Positions 16,783 through 26,878 of a DNA stretch of 33,886 bases are shown here, in pieces. The notes under the pieces are model-generated. The model made no database searches and was not told the origin of the DNA. It worked only from the letters and a program-made list of their open reading frames with translations. The stretch covers positions 1 to 33,886 of IMG/VR virus record IMGVR_UViG_3300025693_000158. One strand, written 5' to 3'. This DNA is from a virus. Lineage: Duplodnaviria > Caudoviricetes. The stretch's first letter is position 1; the number at the start of each line of letters is the position of its first letter. A program made the position numbers and the translations under genes.

Positions 16783-17250
16783 CTACTTTTTGATGACCGT
16801 AGAAACAATCTCATCCGCATTAGCCGATAAAAATTGAATAACAACAGTCGCTTCTTTTGCTAACGCTATTTTTGATATTTCAGTGAGCACCAATTTAGCG
16901 ATATCAGCCTTGTTTACTTTTACATTGTCCCGTTGCTGTTTTAGCTTGTAGTAGGTGGCAATGTGCTTGCTGATAGTTTCAATTTGTACATTAGGCTCAC
17001 TCTCATTTAAATCCTCTAAGGCTTTCTCAAAGGTATGAATAAGTAGAGCAACAAAATCTTCTTCATTACGTTGGGCATCGTTTGAGTCGGTGGCTTTTAA
17101 AAACTTCAACTCGTCCCAATCAATGTTTTTAGCTTTATCGCTATTTTTATAACCATAAACTGAGGTGCGAGAAATGCCCAAAAGCGCGGCAATAGCCGTA
17201 ATGCTATTGCCTTTAATGTAGAGGTCTTTGCTTTGTTGATGATTGTTCAT
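16783..17250 (-). CDS. Terminase small subunit-like (DUF1804-type HTH)
   Basis: KDLYIKGNSITAIAALLGISRTSVYGYK...IDWDELK, directly upstream of terL. Confidence 0.75.
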   Translation of the reverse strand: MNNHQQSKDLYIKGNSITAIAALLGISRTSVYGYKNSDKAKNIDWDELKFLKATDSNDAQRNEEDFVALLIHTFEKALEDLNESEPNVQIETISKHIATYYKLKQQRDNVKVNKADIAKLVLTEISKIALAKEATVVIQFLSANADEIVSTVIKK

Positions 17251-17546
17251 TACTCGCCTTTTCTACTATCACTATTATTAGCGCTGTTGTTGGCACCGCC
17301 ACGAATAATTTTAACCACGGTTTTAATATCTTTGTTGTCGGTTAAAAACAAAATAGCCTCTTCAATTTGGTCAGTTCTATGATGCATACGCACAATTTCA
17401 TGGTTCAAATTAGATATTTCATTTAACTTTCCTAGCACAGCATCATTGCGAATATTACTCGCTCTTATTTGCTTGATAACAGGCACTATCAGCCACATCA
17501 ATGCAAAATTAAGTAACACCGAGTAATCTTTTAATAAATCCATCAT
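17250..17546 (-). CDS. Single-TM coiled-coil protein
   Basis: N-terminal hydrophobic helix; position typical of the gene preceding terS in Mu-like phages. Confidence 0.6.
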   Translation of the reverse strand: MMDLLKDYSVLLNFALMWLIVPVIKQIRASNIRNDAVLGKLNEISNLNHEIVRMHHRTDQIEEAILFLTDNKDIKTVVKIIRGGANNSANNSDSRKGE

Positions 17547-17563
17547 TGCGGTGAATATCCTTT

Positions 17564-18016
17564 CTATTTCTTTAATGGCTTAGGTAAAGTTGGTTTACGC
17601 TCTAAGTAAGTTTTCAACAAACCTCTTAAACCATAAATAACAACGACCATGCCGATAATAATGCCGACATACCAATGAGGCATTTGCGCGATAATTTTAA
17701 AGCCTGCTAGTGCGTATTGAGCGTAGTCAGGAATAAAGGCTAAAATCATCGGCACTAAAAAAACAATTAATACCAGTTCATCTTTGAAAGACTTATTCAT
17801 ATTTTGCATGGCTAACTTATCAAGATCATAATCTTGCTGCTTGCCAGTTGCTGCCATTTTTAATAAGGCATTGGCTTTAGCTTTTTTAGTATCATGTTCT
17901 ATTTTTAACAACTCAAATTTTTGAGTCACTTTTAAGGTTTTACGCTCTTGCCATTGCTCGATGGGTTTAGCCACCAATGAAGTTAATGCGCCACTAATCA
18001 CATTCCACATGTTCAA
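17564..18016 (-). CDS. Putative holin
   Basis: Amphipathic N-terminus, SFKDE motif, two C-terminal TM segments, basic tail. Confidence 0.65.
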   Translation of the reverse strand: MNMWNVISGALTSLVAKPIEQWQERKTLKVTQKFELLKIEHDTKKAKANALLKMAATGKQQDYDLDKLAMQNMNKSFKDELVLIVFLVPMILAFIPDYAQYALAGFKIIAQMPHWYVGIIIGMVVVIYGLRGLLKTYLERKPTLPKPLKK

Positions 18017-18356
18017 ATCCTTTCACAGTTAGTTGTACTTGATAAACAATTAAGCCTTTTATCGCATACGGTTTAATTTTGCCGACATCTATTTTCATGT
18101 TATTTTCAAAATCAGCTAATAGTGCATTTAATGCGGCTGAAATATCGCTATAAGCTAGGCGCTTATTTTTAGTGCGACTTGATATTGAGATATAAAGCTG
18201 AAACACATAATCAACATCACCAATAACAAACTCATTAATATTGATAGAATCAAAAACCAAAAATGTACCCATGGTATTAATGTCACCGTTTAACACGGTA
18301 GCTTTAGGTAACACTTCTATAATTTTTTGCTCGGCAGCATCTATATCAATCGACAT
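17994..18356 (-). CDS. Putative neck/tail-terminator protein
   Basis: 120 aa downstream of the head adaptor (Mu gp37 position); positional inference. Confidence 0.45.
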   Translation of the reverse strand: MSIDIDAAEQKIIEVLPKATVLNGDINTMGTFLVFDSININEFVIGDVDYVFQLYISISSRTKNKRLAYSDISAALNALLADFENNMKIDVGKIKPYAIKGLIVYQVQLTVKGFEHVECD

Positions 18357-18399
18357 AATTTATTAGCCTATTACTTGCTTGCGCTTTATTTGGGATGTA

Positions 18400-18714
18400 T
18401 TACTGATACGGGTTATCTCTAGTTTTCACTTTACTCATTGTTTGAGCGTTGGGTGATGCAGGGTCGGTTATTTGTTTTAAGGCTAATTGGTAAGCTTTAA
18501 ATTGCTCTTCACAAACACCGTTTTGCTCAACCAGCAGTAAAAAACGATAAAAAGCGATATCCATTAAAACAGGGGCATCGGTTAATACCCCTGCAATTTC
18601 TATTGCTTCACCAGCCGCAATACCAAGGTACTCATCAGTAACCAATTCTGGGTCGCTGATAAAAGCTTTTGCACGTATTGATAAACGCGCTATAAGCGTT
18701 GCTAAATCCATCAT
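18400..18714 (-). CDS. Putative head-tail adaptor (Mu gp36-like)
   Basis: Helical 104 aa after the major head gene; DIAFYRF...YQLALKQI. Confidence 0.55.
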   Translation of the reverse strand: MMDLATLIARLSIRAKAFISDPELVTDEYLGIAAGEAIEIAGVLTDAPVLMDIAFYRFLLLVEQNGVCEEQFKAYQLALKQITDPASPNAQTMSKVKTRDNPYQ

Positions 18715-18768
18715 TAAACCCTTAGTAAACCTTGGTTATTGCCTAGTCAAAGCTTTGCTAAATAGCGC

Positions 18769-19632
18769 TTAAACGCCATCGCCACTTGAAAAATACGCCA
18801 TTTGCCAAAAGCCATAACCAGCGTTATCCATGGTATCTACGCCGTAATGTACTTTTTTGGTTTTAAACATATCGCTGGCATCTTCTTCAATTTTGCCTTC
18901 TTTAGTAATTTGTAAAATGAACGGTTTTAATGGTTGCGTAGTATCAAGTAAACACCACGTACCAGCAGCCATTTGTCGAACCACTTTAAGTTTGACTAAG
19001 TTCAATGCAATATTGTCAGAGCCTTCAATGACCTTGCTACCTAAAATAGTTTTAGCTGTTTTCAGTAAGTCGGGGGCAATACACAGTAAACTGGGTTCAA
19101 TACCTAACGGCTCGCCCTCTGCATCATTAATGCTTTGCATAAAAGCAATGGCGGCAAACAAAGCCTCTTCACTTAATGGTGCATCAGTTAAATTATCGTA
19201 ATCAGTAGCACCTAACGTATGCGTACCAAAGAAAGGTTGACCATCAAAACAAATGCCGTTAAGCGGAATTAAACTGAACACCAATTTATTGTAATGATTA
19301 GTAATAGAATGAATTAACTGTTTAATTTTAATTTTAACAATACCTAAATTGTCAAAAAGAAAGTCATCACGCTTAACCGTAATCGTCGCTTCCCAATCTT
19401 TTTTACTGATGGTGTACACATAATCTTTTAAGACTTTAAATACACGATCATCAATCCATTCACGCATAGACGGCAATTCACCTAACCACGTATAATCAAC
19501 CGTGTGGCTTTTGGTATTCACTTCACTGGCAATATCTAAATATTCTTTTTTAGGCGTTTTTTTCATGCCCGTATTGAATAATTTCTTAATACCTTTGGTA
19601 AGCTTTTGTACATTCGTTAAATCAAAATCCAT
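18769..19632 (-). CDS. Major head subunit (Mu gpT)
   Basis: YTWLGELPSMREWI, CFDGQPFF, WCLLDTTQPLKPFILQ, NAGYGFWQMAY. Confidence 0.95.
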   Translation of the reverse strand: MDFDLTNVQKLTKGIKKLFNTGMKKTPKKEYLDIASEVNTKSHTVDYTWLGELPSMREWIDDRVFKVLKDYVYTISKKDWEATITVKRDDFLFDNLGIVKIKIKQLIHSITNHYNKLVFSLIPLNGICFDGQPFFGTHTLGATDYDNLTDAPLSEEALFAAIAFMQSINDAEGEPLGIEPSLLCIAPDLLKTAKTILGSKVIEGSDNIALNLVKLKVVRQMAAGTWCLLDTTQPLKPFILQITKEGKIEEDASDMFKTKKVHYGVDTMDNAGYGFWQMAYFSSGDGV

Positions 19633-19634
19633 AA

Positions 19635-20471
19635 CTATTCTCCTTGCTCGTCTTCGTTAAGGCCAAGCTGATCAAACACATCACAATCAGCGTCATCGCC
19701 ATTTAAGCCATCGCCAGATTGTTGGTCTGGATCAATGTTATTTTTATCCGTTTTAGTGAATGTTTTAGATTCCATTTCTAAAAAACCATCTAATGAGTTT
19801 GCAGCTAAACCTAATGCAAAATCACGTTTTGCAGGAGCAAGCTTGCCACCAGCAATAGCGTTATCCACTTTCACTGTTCGTTGCTCTTTTTGTAGTGAGT
19901 TTTGCGCTTTGGTTAGCGTGTCAACTTGCGCTTTAAGCGTTTCGTTTTCAGCCGCTAATGCTTCCTGTGCTGCTTTTTCTTCTGGTGTCATTGCATTGCC
20001 CTCCACAGGCGGTTTATTTTCGATATTACTTTCGATATTGTTTAGGGCTTCATTTAATAAATTAGGCTGATTAACCAAGCCCACACCAACAATGTGCATT
20101 ACTTCATTGGTGTCATAATCAACTAAATACTCAGGACTTAGATATTTATACTTTTTCTTAGCAATGAGTTCTTCACCGTCTTCATTGAGTGCTAAGCTTG
20201 CATAAATGCCATCACTCCTAAGCTCAAACTGAGTAAACCAACCTGCTGCGGCTCCGTTATATTCGTGCCCAACATTCAGTACCAGTTCAAGCTCTGTAGA
20301 AATTAAACGATCAAGTATTGCTTGCCCGTCAATTTGAAAAACACGCCCATCAATTCCCGTCACTTTACCGACAGGTGAAACCCTTAACTTTTCCTTTATT
20401 GCTTCAATGCTGATAGAGCAAATTTCTAAAATTAACTGAGCTGCATTTTTATTTTGTTTACCTTTAGCCAT
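19635..20471 (-). CDS. Prohead protease/scaffold (Mu gpI)
   Basis: GIDGR, GHE, AAGW, YKYLSPEY, GLVNQPNL, with a coiled-coil scaffold C-terminus. Confidence 0.9.
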   Translation of the reverse strand: MAKGKQNKNAAQLILEICSISIEAIKEKLRVSPVGKVTGIDGRVFQIDGQAILDRLISTELELVLNVGHEYNGAAAGWFTQFELRSDGIYASLALNEDGEELIAKKKYKYLSPEYLVDYDTNEVMHIVGVGLVNQPNLLNEALNNIESNIENKPPVEGNAMTPEEKAAQEALAAENETLKAQVDTLTKAQNSLQKEQRTVKVDNAIAGGKLAPAKRDFALGLAANSLDGFLEMESKTFTKTDKNNIDPDQQSGDGLNGDDADCDVFDQLGLNEDEQGE

Positions 20472-20668
20472 TACATTGTTAACCCCTGCTTTTAATTAAC
20501 TAAATATTCAAATAAATCAGTATCTCTTCAAGATGGTTTGTATTTTGCGATAGTTTTTTTTAATGCTCACTCCACATAGCGGCATGTATGTTTAGACAGT
20601 AAAAAAAGTTAAATAAAATGCACCTATTAAAGTAAATCAAAGCAAGTCAGCGAAACGAGAAACATTAA
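20472..20668. promoter_or_regulatory. Divergent late promoter region (head leftward, tail rightward)
   Basis: AT-rich gap between divergent operons; dyad ACATA-N8-TATGT at 20574-20591; TAAAAT at 20614. Confidence 0.5.
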
Positions 20669-21163
20669 ATGTCAGAGCAAGTTATTCACATAGGCACAGT
20701 GGTTGAAGCTAAAGCCGAAAAGTCATTAGTAAAAGTGGATGTGCTAGGCAGAATTACCGACTGGCTTCCTTTATTACAGCAAGCAAACAGCTTTAAACGA
20801 CGATTTGTCTCTATGCGTAAAGGTCAACAAGTAGTGGTACTAGCTAACCGTGTTGTTATTGGCAGTATTTTTAATGTCGATTGTTTAGAGCCTGATGGTG
20901 CGAATGAGCATATAGATGTTGTGGAGTATGAAGACGGCACACGCATTGAATATGACACCGAAGCTAAGACGCTAAATATTGAGGCTGTGGGTGATTTAAA
21001 TATCACGTGTAAAAATGCTGTAGTAACTGCTGACTCAGTTGATGTGAAGTCAACAGACATTAAATTAAATGGCGGTAAAGGCGTAGTGACGGGTAATCAC
21101 ATTTGCATGGTAACGGGTACACCACATTCAAGTTGCTCAATGACCGTGACGGCTGGTCAATAG
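20669..21163 (+). CDS. Baseplate spike (P2 gpV-like)
   Basis: TDWLP, GQQVVVL, YEDGTRIEYD, C-terminal H..C...H. Confidence 0.88.
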   Translation: MSEQVIHIGTVVEAKAEKSLVKVDVLGRITDWLPLLQQANSFKRRFVSMRKGQQVVVLANRVVIGSIFNVDCLEPDGANEHIDVVEYEDGTRIEYDTEAKTLNIEAVGDLNITCKNAVVTADSVDVKSTDIKLNGGKGVVTGNHICMVTGTPHSSCSMTVTAGQ

Positions 21164-21165
21164 TC

Positions 21166-21363
21166 ATGGCACTTAATGATGGCGCATTAAAAACTTTGAT
21201 TTTGGGTAATTTAACTGCCGCTGGTTGGGATGTTGAAAATGAGCATGCAAAAACGGCTGAACTAGCTGAGGCAATAGCAAAAGCCGTTGTTACTCATATT
21301 CAAACAGATGCTCAAGTTGCCGTTACTGGTGGCTCGTCTTCTGGCTCATATAAAGTGATTTAG
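21166..21363 (+). CDS. Hypothetical baseplate-region protein
   Basis: MALNDGALK...LAEAIAKAVVTHIQTDAQV; ATG lies 2 nt after the gpV stop. Confidence 0.7.
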   Translation: MALNDGALKTLILGNLTAAGWDVENEHAKTAELAEAIAKAVVTHIQTDAQVAVTGGSSSGSYKVI

Positions 21364-21379
21364 TGGTTAAGAGGTAAGA

Positions 21380-21766
21380 ATGGAACAAATAGCCATGAGC
21401 GAACAAGCAGTACAACCGTTACAACTCAATGACCTGACTTTTAGAGATGTGGCATTTACAGGCATAACATTGAGTCAAGATACAACATCAACCAAACAAT
21501 TTTATGTGAGTTTAACTGACAGTATTAGCCGCATTTTAACCACCCGAATCGGTGAGCGAGTGATGCAACCAGAGTTCGGTAGTGATTTGTATTTGTTACG
21601 TGATAGAGATTTTAACAGTGCATGGCGAGTTACCGCCACGCGCTACATTTTTGAAGCACTGAAAAAGTGGGAGCCGCGCGTTCGGTTTAAGCAACTGCAT
21701 TTTAGTATCAATGCGATTACAGGACAGCATTACTTTTTTTTAAGCCTTGAGCCAAGTGAACAATAA
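21380..21766 (+). CDS. Baseplate wedge gpW/gp25-like
   Basis: SISRILTTRIGERVMQPEFGSDL, ALKKWEPRV. Confidence 0.92.
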   Translation: MEQIAMSEQAVQPLQLNDLTFRDVAFTGITLSQDTTSTKQFYVSLTDSISRILTTRIGERVMQPEFGSDLYLLRDRDFNSAWRVTATRYIFEALKKWEPRVRFKQLHFSINAITGQHYFFLSLEPSEQ

Positions 21767-21771
21767 AAAGC

Positions 21772-22608
21772 ATGATTAATATAAATAACATAGCTCCAGC
21801 AGACGTTTTGCAAATACCAGATTATCAAACGTTGGTAGATGAAAACGTGGCTATTTTACAACAATTAATACCTGATTATCAGCCACTAGAATCTGATGAT
21901 CACATGTTGTTAATTGAAGCTTTTTCGTATCGAGAATTACATTTACGTCAGTTATTTAATAATAAACTTAAAAGACTATTACTGCTTTATGCAACAGGGA
22001 ATGACTTAGACCTTGCAGCGGTTCCTTACGGTGTTGAGCGTTTAGACAATGAAACTGATGATGAGTTTAGAAACCGTGTACTAAAAAGCCTAGATGGTCA
22101 TTCAACGGCTGGCTCACAAGAAAGCTATGAATTTCATGCGTACAGCGTAAGTAGCGACATTGATGATGTTAATGCGTTTAGCCCTGAAAAAGGCAAAGTA
22201 ACCGTTGCACTGGCATCGTTTGAAGATGAAAGCGACCTTGAAATTATTACACCTGAGCTGATCACGCAGGTTGATACTGCATTAAATGAAACTAAAGTAC
22301 GCCCAATTACCGACGAAGTAACCGTAGTAAAAGCAACCATTAATGGCGTTGCTATTGTTGCTCAAATATTCATTTTTAATATGGATGATGAAGCGGCTAT
22401 TACCGAGAAAATCATTAATAACTTTGCCACTAAATTAAAAATTGGTCAGGTACTAACGTATTCACAATTAATTCGCTACTTACATGTTGATGGTGTTTTT
22501 AAAGTCAACCTTATCAGCCATGACGCAGATATTGCTTGTGGTGATGATGAAATACTTAAAATCAACAACATAGATTTAACCTTTGAATCGGCTGACGAGG
22601 CTATTTAA
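21772..22608 (+). CDS. Baseplate J-like
   Basis: ATGNDLD, ETDDEFRNR, STAGSQESYEFHA, VRPITDEV. Confidence 0.92.
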   Translation: MININNIAPADVLQIPDYQTLVDENVAILQQLIPDYQPLESDDHMLLIEAFSYRELHLRQLFNNKLKRLLLLYATGNDLDLAAVPYGVERLDNETDDEFRNRVLKSLDGHSTAGSQESYEFHAYSVSSDIDDVNAFSPEKGKVTVALASFEDESDLEIITPELITQVDTALNETKVRPITDEVTVVKATINGVAIVAQIFIFNMDDEAAITEKIINNFATKLKIGQVLTYSQLIRYLHVDGVFKVNLISHDADIACGDDEILKINNIDLTFESADEAI

Positions 22609-23217
22609 GTGGAAACATTACTGCCTTTATATGCCAAGCCAATTGAGAAAGCATTAGATGTGCTCAATGCTCAGCGTTTAGATTTTGACTTAACGCCCGT
22701 CGATATAAATCCGCTGACGTGCCCAAGACAATTATTACCTTATCTTGGAGCAATGTGGCGAGTCGCTATTGACCAATTAAGCGAGCAAGAGCAGCGCAAT
22801 CTAATATCGAATGCGTTAGAAATCCACCGCTATAAAGGCACTATTTACGCAGTAGAAAAAGGCTTAGAAGCCTTACTGCTTGATTGTGAAATAACACCTT
22901 GGTTTGAAGCCGAGCCTGTAGGTGAAAAGCATACCTTTTCTGTTGATGTTTTTGTGTATGACAAAGCAGTGACCTTGGCATTAATTAGCGCAATACGAAA
23001 CAAAATAGACAACGGTAAAGCACTGAGTACTCGTTATGCATTAACCATGAACTTAGCTGCCCAGAGTAACGAATATCACGGCGGTGTTTTACAGCTAACA
23101 ACGGAAATAGAAGGCTCTCCTTATATTCCTATTTTAGATGATGCGAATAACACAACCTATCGAGGCGGCACATTGCAACTCATAACTGAAATTGAAGGAC
23201 AACCGTATAATGACTGA
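22609..23217 (+). CDS. Tail/baseplate protein I (P2 gpI-like)
   Basis: PLTCPRQLLPYL, IHRYKGTIYAVE, ITPWFE. Confidence 0.9.
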   Translation: METLLPLYAKPIEKALDVLNAQRLDFDLTPVDINPLTCPRQLLPYLGAMWRVAIDQLSEQEQRNLISNALEIHRYKGTIYAVEKGLEALLLDCEITPWFEAEPVGEKHTFSVDVFVYDKAVTLALISAIRNKIDNGKALSTRYALTMNLAAQSNEYHGGVLQLTTEIEGSPYIPILDDANNTTYRGGTLQLITEIEGQPYND

Positions 23218-23980
23218 GCTTATAGCAACTAAAAATGAGGGGCTTTGGCTGGCATCAGGTCAAGCTGGAGAGAATCAAGCCAGAGCGTTGAATTTACCCA
23301 TTGAGTTTACTCGTTTAGTGGTCGGTGATGCCAATGGTAATTATCCACCAATGGATCCCGCAATCACTGAATTAATTAACGAGCTAATGACGGCTGACAT
23401 TCTTTCTCATGTTGTTGACCCAAACGATGTTAATCAGCGAATTTTCAACTTGAGTATACCGCCAAGCGCTAACCTTGATGCGGTTGAAATGATGCTTTAT
23501 GCCAAGTATGGCGAAACGGAATTTGCACATACTTACTTTAGGTTTGCAGCACCTTTACCCATTAGAACGATTGAGAATGGTGGAGCGCAAGCAAAATTTA
23601 GGTATACCGTTCGTGTTTCGCAACACACCGATTTTACTATTTTTGTATCGCCAAGCTTATCTTATGTCACGCATGAAGAGTTAAGAGATTCACGAAAGCC
23701 GGTTGATGTGAATGTGGCAATGACAGCAATCACCACGGATAACAAGTTACATGTATTTTCGGCTCCTGTTGATTTGCAAATTCCAACGGATGATGGCGCA
23801 TTATTTAAAGTAATGATTGATGATGCTGTTGTTTTATCTGATGTTGATAAATGTCGGTTATTAGCACCAACAGGTAAAAAAATATACATGGATGGTGTTG
23901 CTTATGACTCTATTAATTTAAAAGTCATCAATATTATTCATACCGTTAGAAAAACCAGTAATGGAGATTATAAGATATGA
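23210..23980 (+). CDS. Tail fibre N-terminal (baseplate-anchoring) protein
   Basis: PIEFTRLVVGDANG...VSPSLSYVTHEEL resembles the P2 gpH N-terminus. Confidence 0.7.
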   Translation: MTELIATKNEGLWLASGQAGENQARALNLPIEFTRLVVGDANGNYPPMDPAITELINELMTADILSHVVDPNDVNQRIFNLSIPPSANLDAVEMMLYAKYGETEFAHTYFRFAAPLPIRTIENGGAQAKFRYTVRVSQHTDFTIFVSPSLSYVTHEELRDSRKPVDVNVAMTAITTDNKLHVFSAPVDLQIPTDDGALFKVMIDDAVVLSDVDKCRLLAPTGKKIYMDGVAYDSINLKVINIIHTVRKTSNGDYKI

Positions 23981-25134
23981 CCGAAGGTGTTTTAGAAGCC
24001 AGTAGTGGTGGAGGCAGTACCCCGATAAGAGGAAAAATACTGCTTGATGATAATACGAAAGATGATTTCACCGTGGGCGATGAGCGCTATCTTAGAGCAG
24101 GAAATGTAGAAACAAATGTAGACAAATTTGACATAGATCTGTGGGATGAGGCAGGAGCTGTAAGAATAGCTAGTCAAAATGTAGTAAATAGGTTTTCTGG
24201 ACCCTCTTATAAATCCACCTCTGTCATGATTGACTATCATGCAGGAACTAACGTTATATTTGCATCAGCTCTTAATAGCAATACAGCAGGGTATACCATA
24301 AAGCACTCTTACTCTCTGGATAAAGGGGTTACTTGGAACTATACAGAGGCTGGGCCTAATGCACATGCAAGTGGCTCTTGTAAGCCTAACTATTCAAGTG
24401 GGCGGTGGTGTTTTGGAGTACATGGTTCCCCTAATGTGACATCTACAAATGATTTAGGTTTAACTTGGAATTCTGTAGATGCAGGTACGGGTGGGAATAT
24501 TTTCGGCGTGTTAGGTGATGAGACCGCTATAGTTGCGTGGTCTAATGCAGGCAATGCTAGGCGCTCTACTGATGGAGGTTTGACGTGGAAGAATGTACCT
24601 ACGCTTGTAGGAAGTAATACATATTTCCAAGCGTTAGTTCTTAGGGCTGATTTATGGGTGTTATTTACCTATGATGATGTGCGTGTATCGACTGACCAAG
24701 GTCTAACGTGGACATCACACAGCAACACCACGCCACATCAAACTCATCAAGGCCATAAGGTTTTCACTGACGGTGTAGATCTGTTGCAATATGGGCTTAA
24801 TAGCCATCCCGTAATAATGTGGAAATCTAATGACGGGATAAACTGGACTGATACAGGGCTAAGAACTACTGACGGAAGTGTCTATGCAGGACACACTATA
24901 GCTATAGCTTCCAACATACATTGGAACGGAGAAATGTGGGGGCATGACGGACAGTTTTCTAAGGATTTGTTGGCTTGGGAAAATCAGGTAGATCTAGGCT
25001 CATACTCTGCTAGCGTTAATGTAGATAATACTTTTGCATCCATTAGTTCCAACTTCTCTACAATATACAAACTATTAAACTTCGCGGGTACTAGAGAAGA
25101 GTCAACCAAAGAAGCATTTACGAGGATTTCTTAA
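23977..25134 (+). CDS. Asp-box/BNR beta-propeller protein, probable receptor-binding protein
   Basis: SLDKGVTW, TNDLGLTW, STDGGLTW, STDQGLTW, SNDGINW, SKDLLAW. Confidence 0.8.
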   Translation: MTEGVLEASSGGGSTPIRGKILLDDNTKDDFTVGDERYLRAGNVETNVDKFDIDLWDEAGAVRIASQNVVNRFSGPSYKSTSVMIDYHAGTNVIFASALNSNTAGYTIKHSYSLDKGVTWNYTEAGPNAHASGSCKPNYSSGRWCFGVHGSPNVTSTNDLGLTWNSVDAGTGGNIFGVLGDETAIVAWSNAGNARRSTDGGLTWKNVPTLVGSNTYFQALVLRADLWVLFTYDDVRVSTDQGLTWTSHSNTTPHQTHQGHKVFTDGVDLLQYGLNSHPVIMWKSNDGINWTDTGLRTTDGSVYAGHTIAIASNIHWNGEMWGHDGQFSKDLLAWENQVDLGSYSASVNVDNTFASISSNFSTIYKLLNFAGTREESTKEAFTRIS

Positions 25135-25466
25135 TGAGTAGTGTTATAGATACAAGATTACCGCAAACCCCTAAAGTTTATCGACGTATTACTTCCAACG
25201 CTTTCTGGGAACGTGTCGGCGAAGATTTAGAAGACATACTCAGAGTCATGGCTATTAATGCATTAGCAGCTAAGGATACTAAGTTATCCAACCAACTGCG
25301 CAAGATAGATAACGGCGAATATGTGGGCTTAGATAATCCCAAGCTTGTTGAAGCGTTTGATAATTTAAGAGCAGTGCCAGAAGTCGCTGCCTTATTAGAT
25401 CAAACAAAATTTGACGAGATTTTTGCTAACGCAATCATTGACGAAGTGCCAGAAGCGCAAAAGTAA
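25134..25466 (+). CDS. Hypothetical (fibre-associated/chaperone) protein
   Basis: TAATG-coupled to the receptor-binding protein gene; 110 aa. Confidence 0.6.
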   Translation: MSSVIDTRLPQTPKVYRRITSNAFWERVGEDLEDILRVMAINALAAKDTKLSNQLRKIDNGEYVGLDNPKLVEAFDNLRAVPEVAALLDQTKFDEIFANAIIDEVPEAQK

Positions 25467-25476
25467 GGTAATTAAT

Positions 25477-25758
25477 ATGCAAAAACGTAAAAGCAGAATA
25501 AAACGCCTATTACTCACGATTGACGCTTTTTTTAATGTCTTAATTCTTGATGGCTCAGAAGACCATAGCATCAGCGGAAGAGTGGGTTATGAGGCATTAA
25601 CAACAGGCAAAAAAAACTGGTTACGGGCAGAAAAAGCGATTAACACTTTATTCTTTTGGGATAAAGACCATTGCCGAAGCTCTATTGAGTGGGACGAAAT
25701 TGGCAACTACACGCAACTTGAGCTTACTCAAGATGAAATTAAAACACAGGAGTCCTAA
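25477..25758 (+). CDS. Conserved phage hypothetical protein
   Basis: IDAFFNVL..GSEDHSISGR...INTLFFWDKDHCRSSIE, a motif common near tail fibre genes. Confidence 0.7.
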   Translation: MQKRKSRIKRLLLTIDAFFNVLILDGSEDHSISGRVGYEALTTGKKNWLRAEKAINTLFFWDKDHCRSSIEWDEIGNYTQLELTQDEIKTQES

Positions 25759-25760
25759 TC

Positions 25761-26867
25761 ATGGATTTAAACTTTGGTATTAATGGGTCAATTACCGCTC
25801 AAGCGGCTCGTCCCATTATTGTAAAATCAACAACAGTCATTGCGCTTTTGGGTATTGTACTCGCTGGTGATGAAGCACATCACGGCTTACATAAATTCAA
25901 TAATGCTGATGATGCCTTAACCTTTTTAACTGATGAAGATATTGTTGGTGACATTGTTAACGGCTTAAAAGCGATTGCCTTGCAAGGAGTACATTGCCCC
26001 ATTGTATTAAACCTTTGCGCTGATGCCGATAAGTTAACCGCGCTTGATTTATTTAAATCATGTGAAGGCATCACGGGCTTGTCATTATTTGGCGGTTTAC
26101 TCATCGCCCCCGTATTAAGTGATGACTTAGCGATGGGATCTAAATTAGATGCCATCGCAACACAATTACAAGCTACCGCTATTATTGATAACTTTGGCGT
26201 AGATGAAGCCGAAGTGTCTGCCTATGCGGCGAACTATGGTACGCAAGCAGCATTATTAACACACGGACGTTATTACGCTGACGGCGTTAGTGTTACGGCA
26301 TCAGCTTTATACGCTGGCATTATCGCGTACTGGGATGCAAAGCCTTATGGCTGGGCTAAATCTCATTCTAACCGTAGTGCTAAAGGGGTGAGTGAAAGCG
26401 AGCGCGTTATAGAGTATTTAGACGGCTCTGAAAGTGAAGCTCGTCGTTATCGTCAAATGGGCGTGGCGACTATTTTGCGTGACGTTGGCTGGCGTACTTA
26501 CGGTTTTGAAACCACTCACATTGACCCTATCTGGCAAAGTTTGGATAGAGTTCGAACTTTCCAACGTTTATTACGTGCCATCACGCTATCGGCAAAATGG
26601 GCACGTGACCGTGAAGCTAATGAACTACTTAGCGTTAAAAACTCAGTGATTGAGTTTATGAACGAGTTAAAAGGTAATGATGTCATTATTGGTTTTGATG
26701 TGTTTTTTGATAGTGAGAAAAACACCAAAGCCACCGTTACCGCTGGTAAGTTTTATCTCACTATTTTAGTTGGCGACATGACCAGCGTTCGAGAATTAAA
26801 TATCGAACTTGTCTACTCAGACAACTGGAATGACGTATTAATTAACACCATTAATGGCGCAGAATAA
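25761..26867 (+). CDS. Tail sheath protein (FI-like)
   Basis: WAKSHSNR, GWRTYG, RVRTF, FDSEKNTKATVTAGKFYL. Confidence 0.9.
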   Translation: MDLNFGINGSITAQAARPIIVKSTTVIALLGIVLAGDEAHHGLHKFNNADDALTFLTDEDIVGDIVNGLKAIALQGVHCPIVLNLCADADKLTALDLFKSCEGITGLSLFGGLLIAPVLSDDLAMGSKLDAIATQLQATAIIDNFGVDEAEVSAYAANYGTQAALLTHGRYYADGVSVTASALYAGIIAYWDAKPYGWAKSHSNRSAKGVSESERVIEYLDGSESEARRYRQMGVATILRDVGWRTYGFETTHIDPIWQSLDRVRTFQRLLRAITLSAKWARDREANELLSVKNSVIEFMNELKGNDVIIGFDVFFDSEKNTKATVTAGKFYLTILVGDMTSVRELNIELVYSDNWNDVLINTINGAE

Positions 26868-26878
26868 GGAGCTAACTA

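Noticed and set aside
23074-25134. Diversity-generating retroelement or invertible G segment at the fibre locus
   Set aside because: No reverse transcriptase or invertase, no TR/VR pair with A-specific differences, and no gix-like inverted repeats seen.
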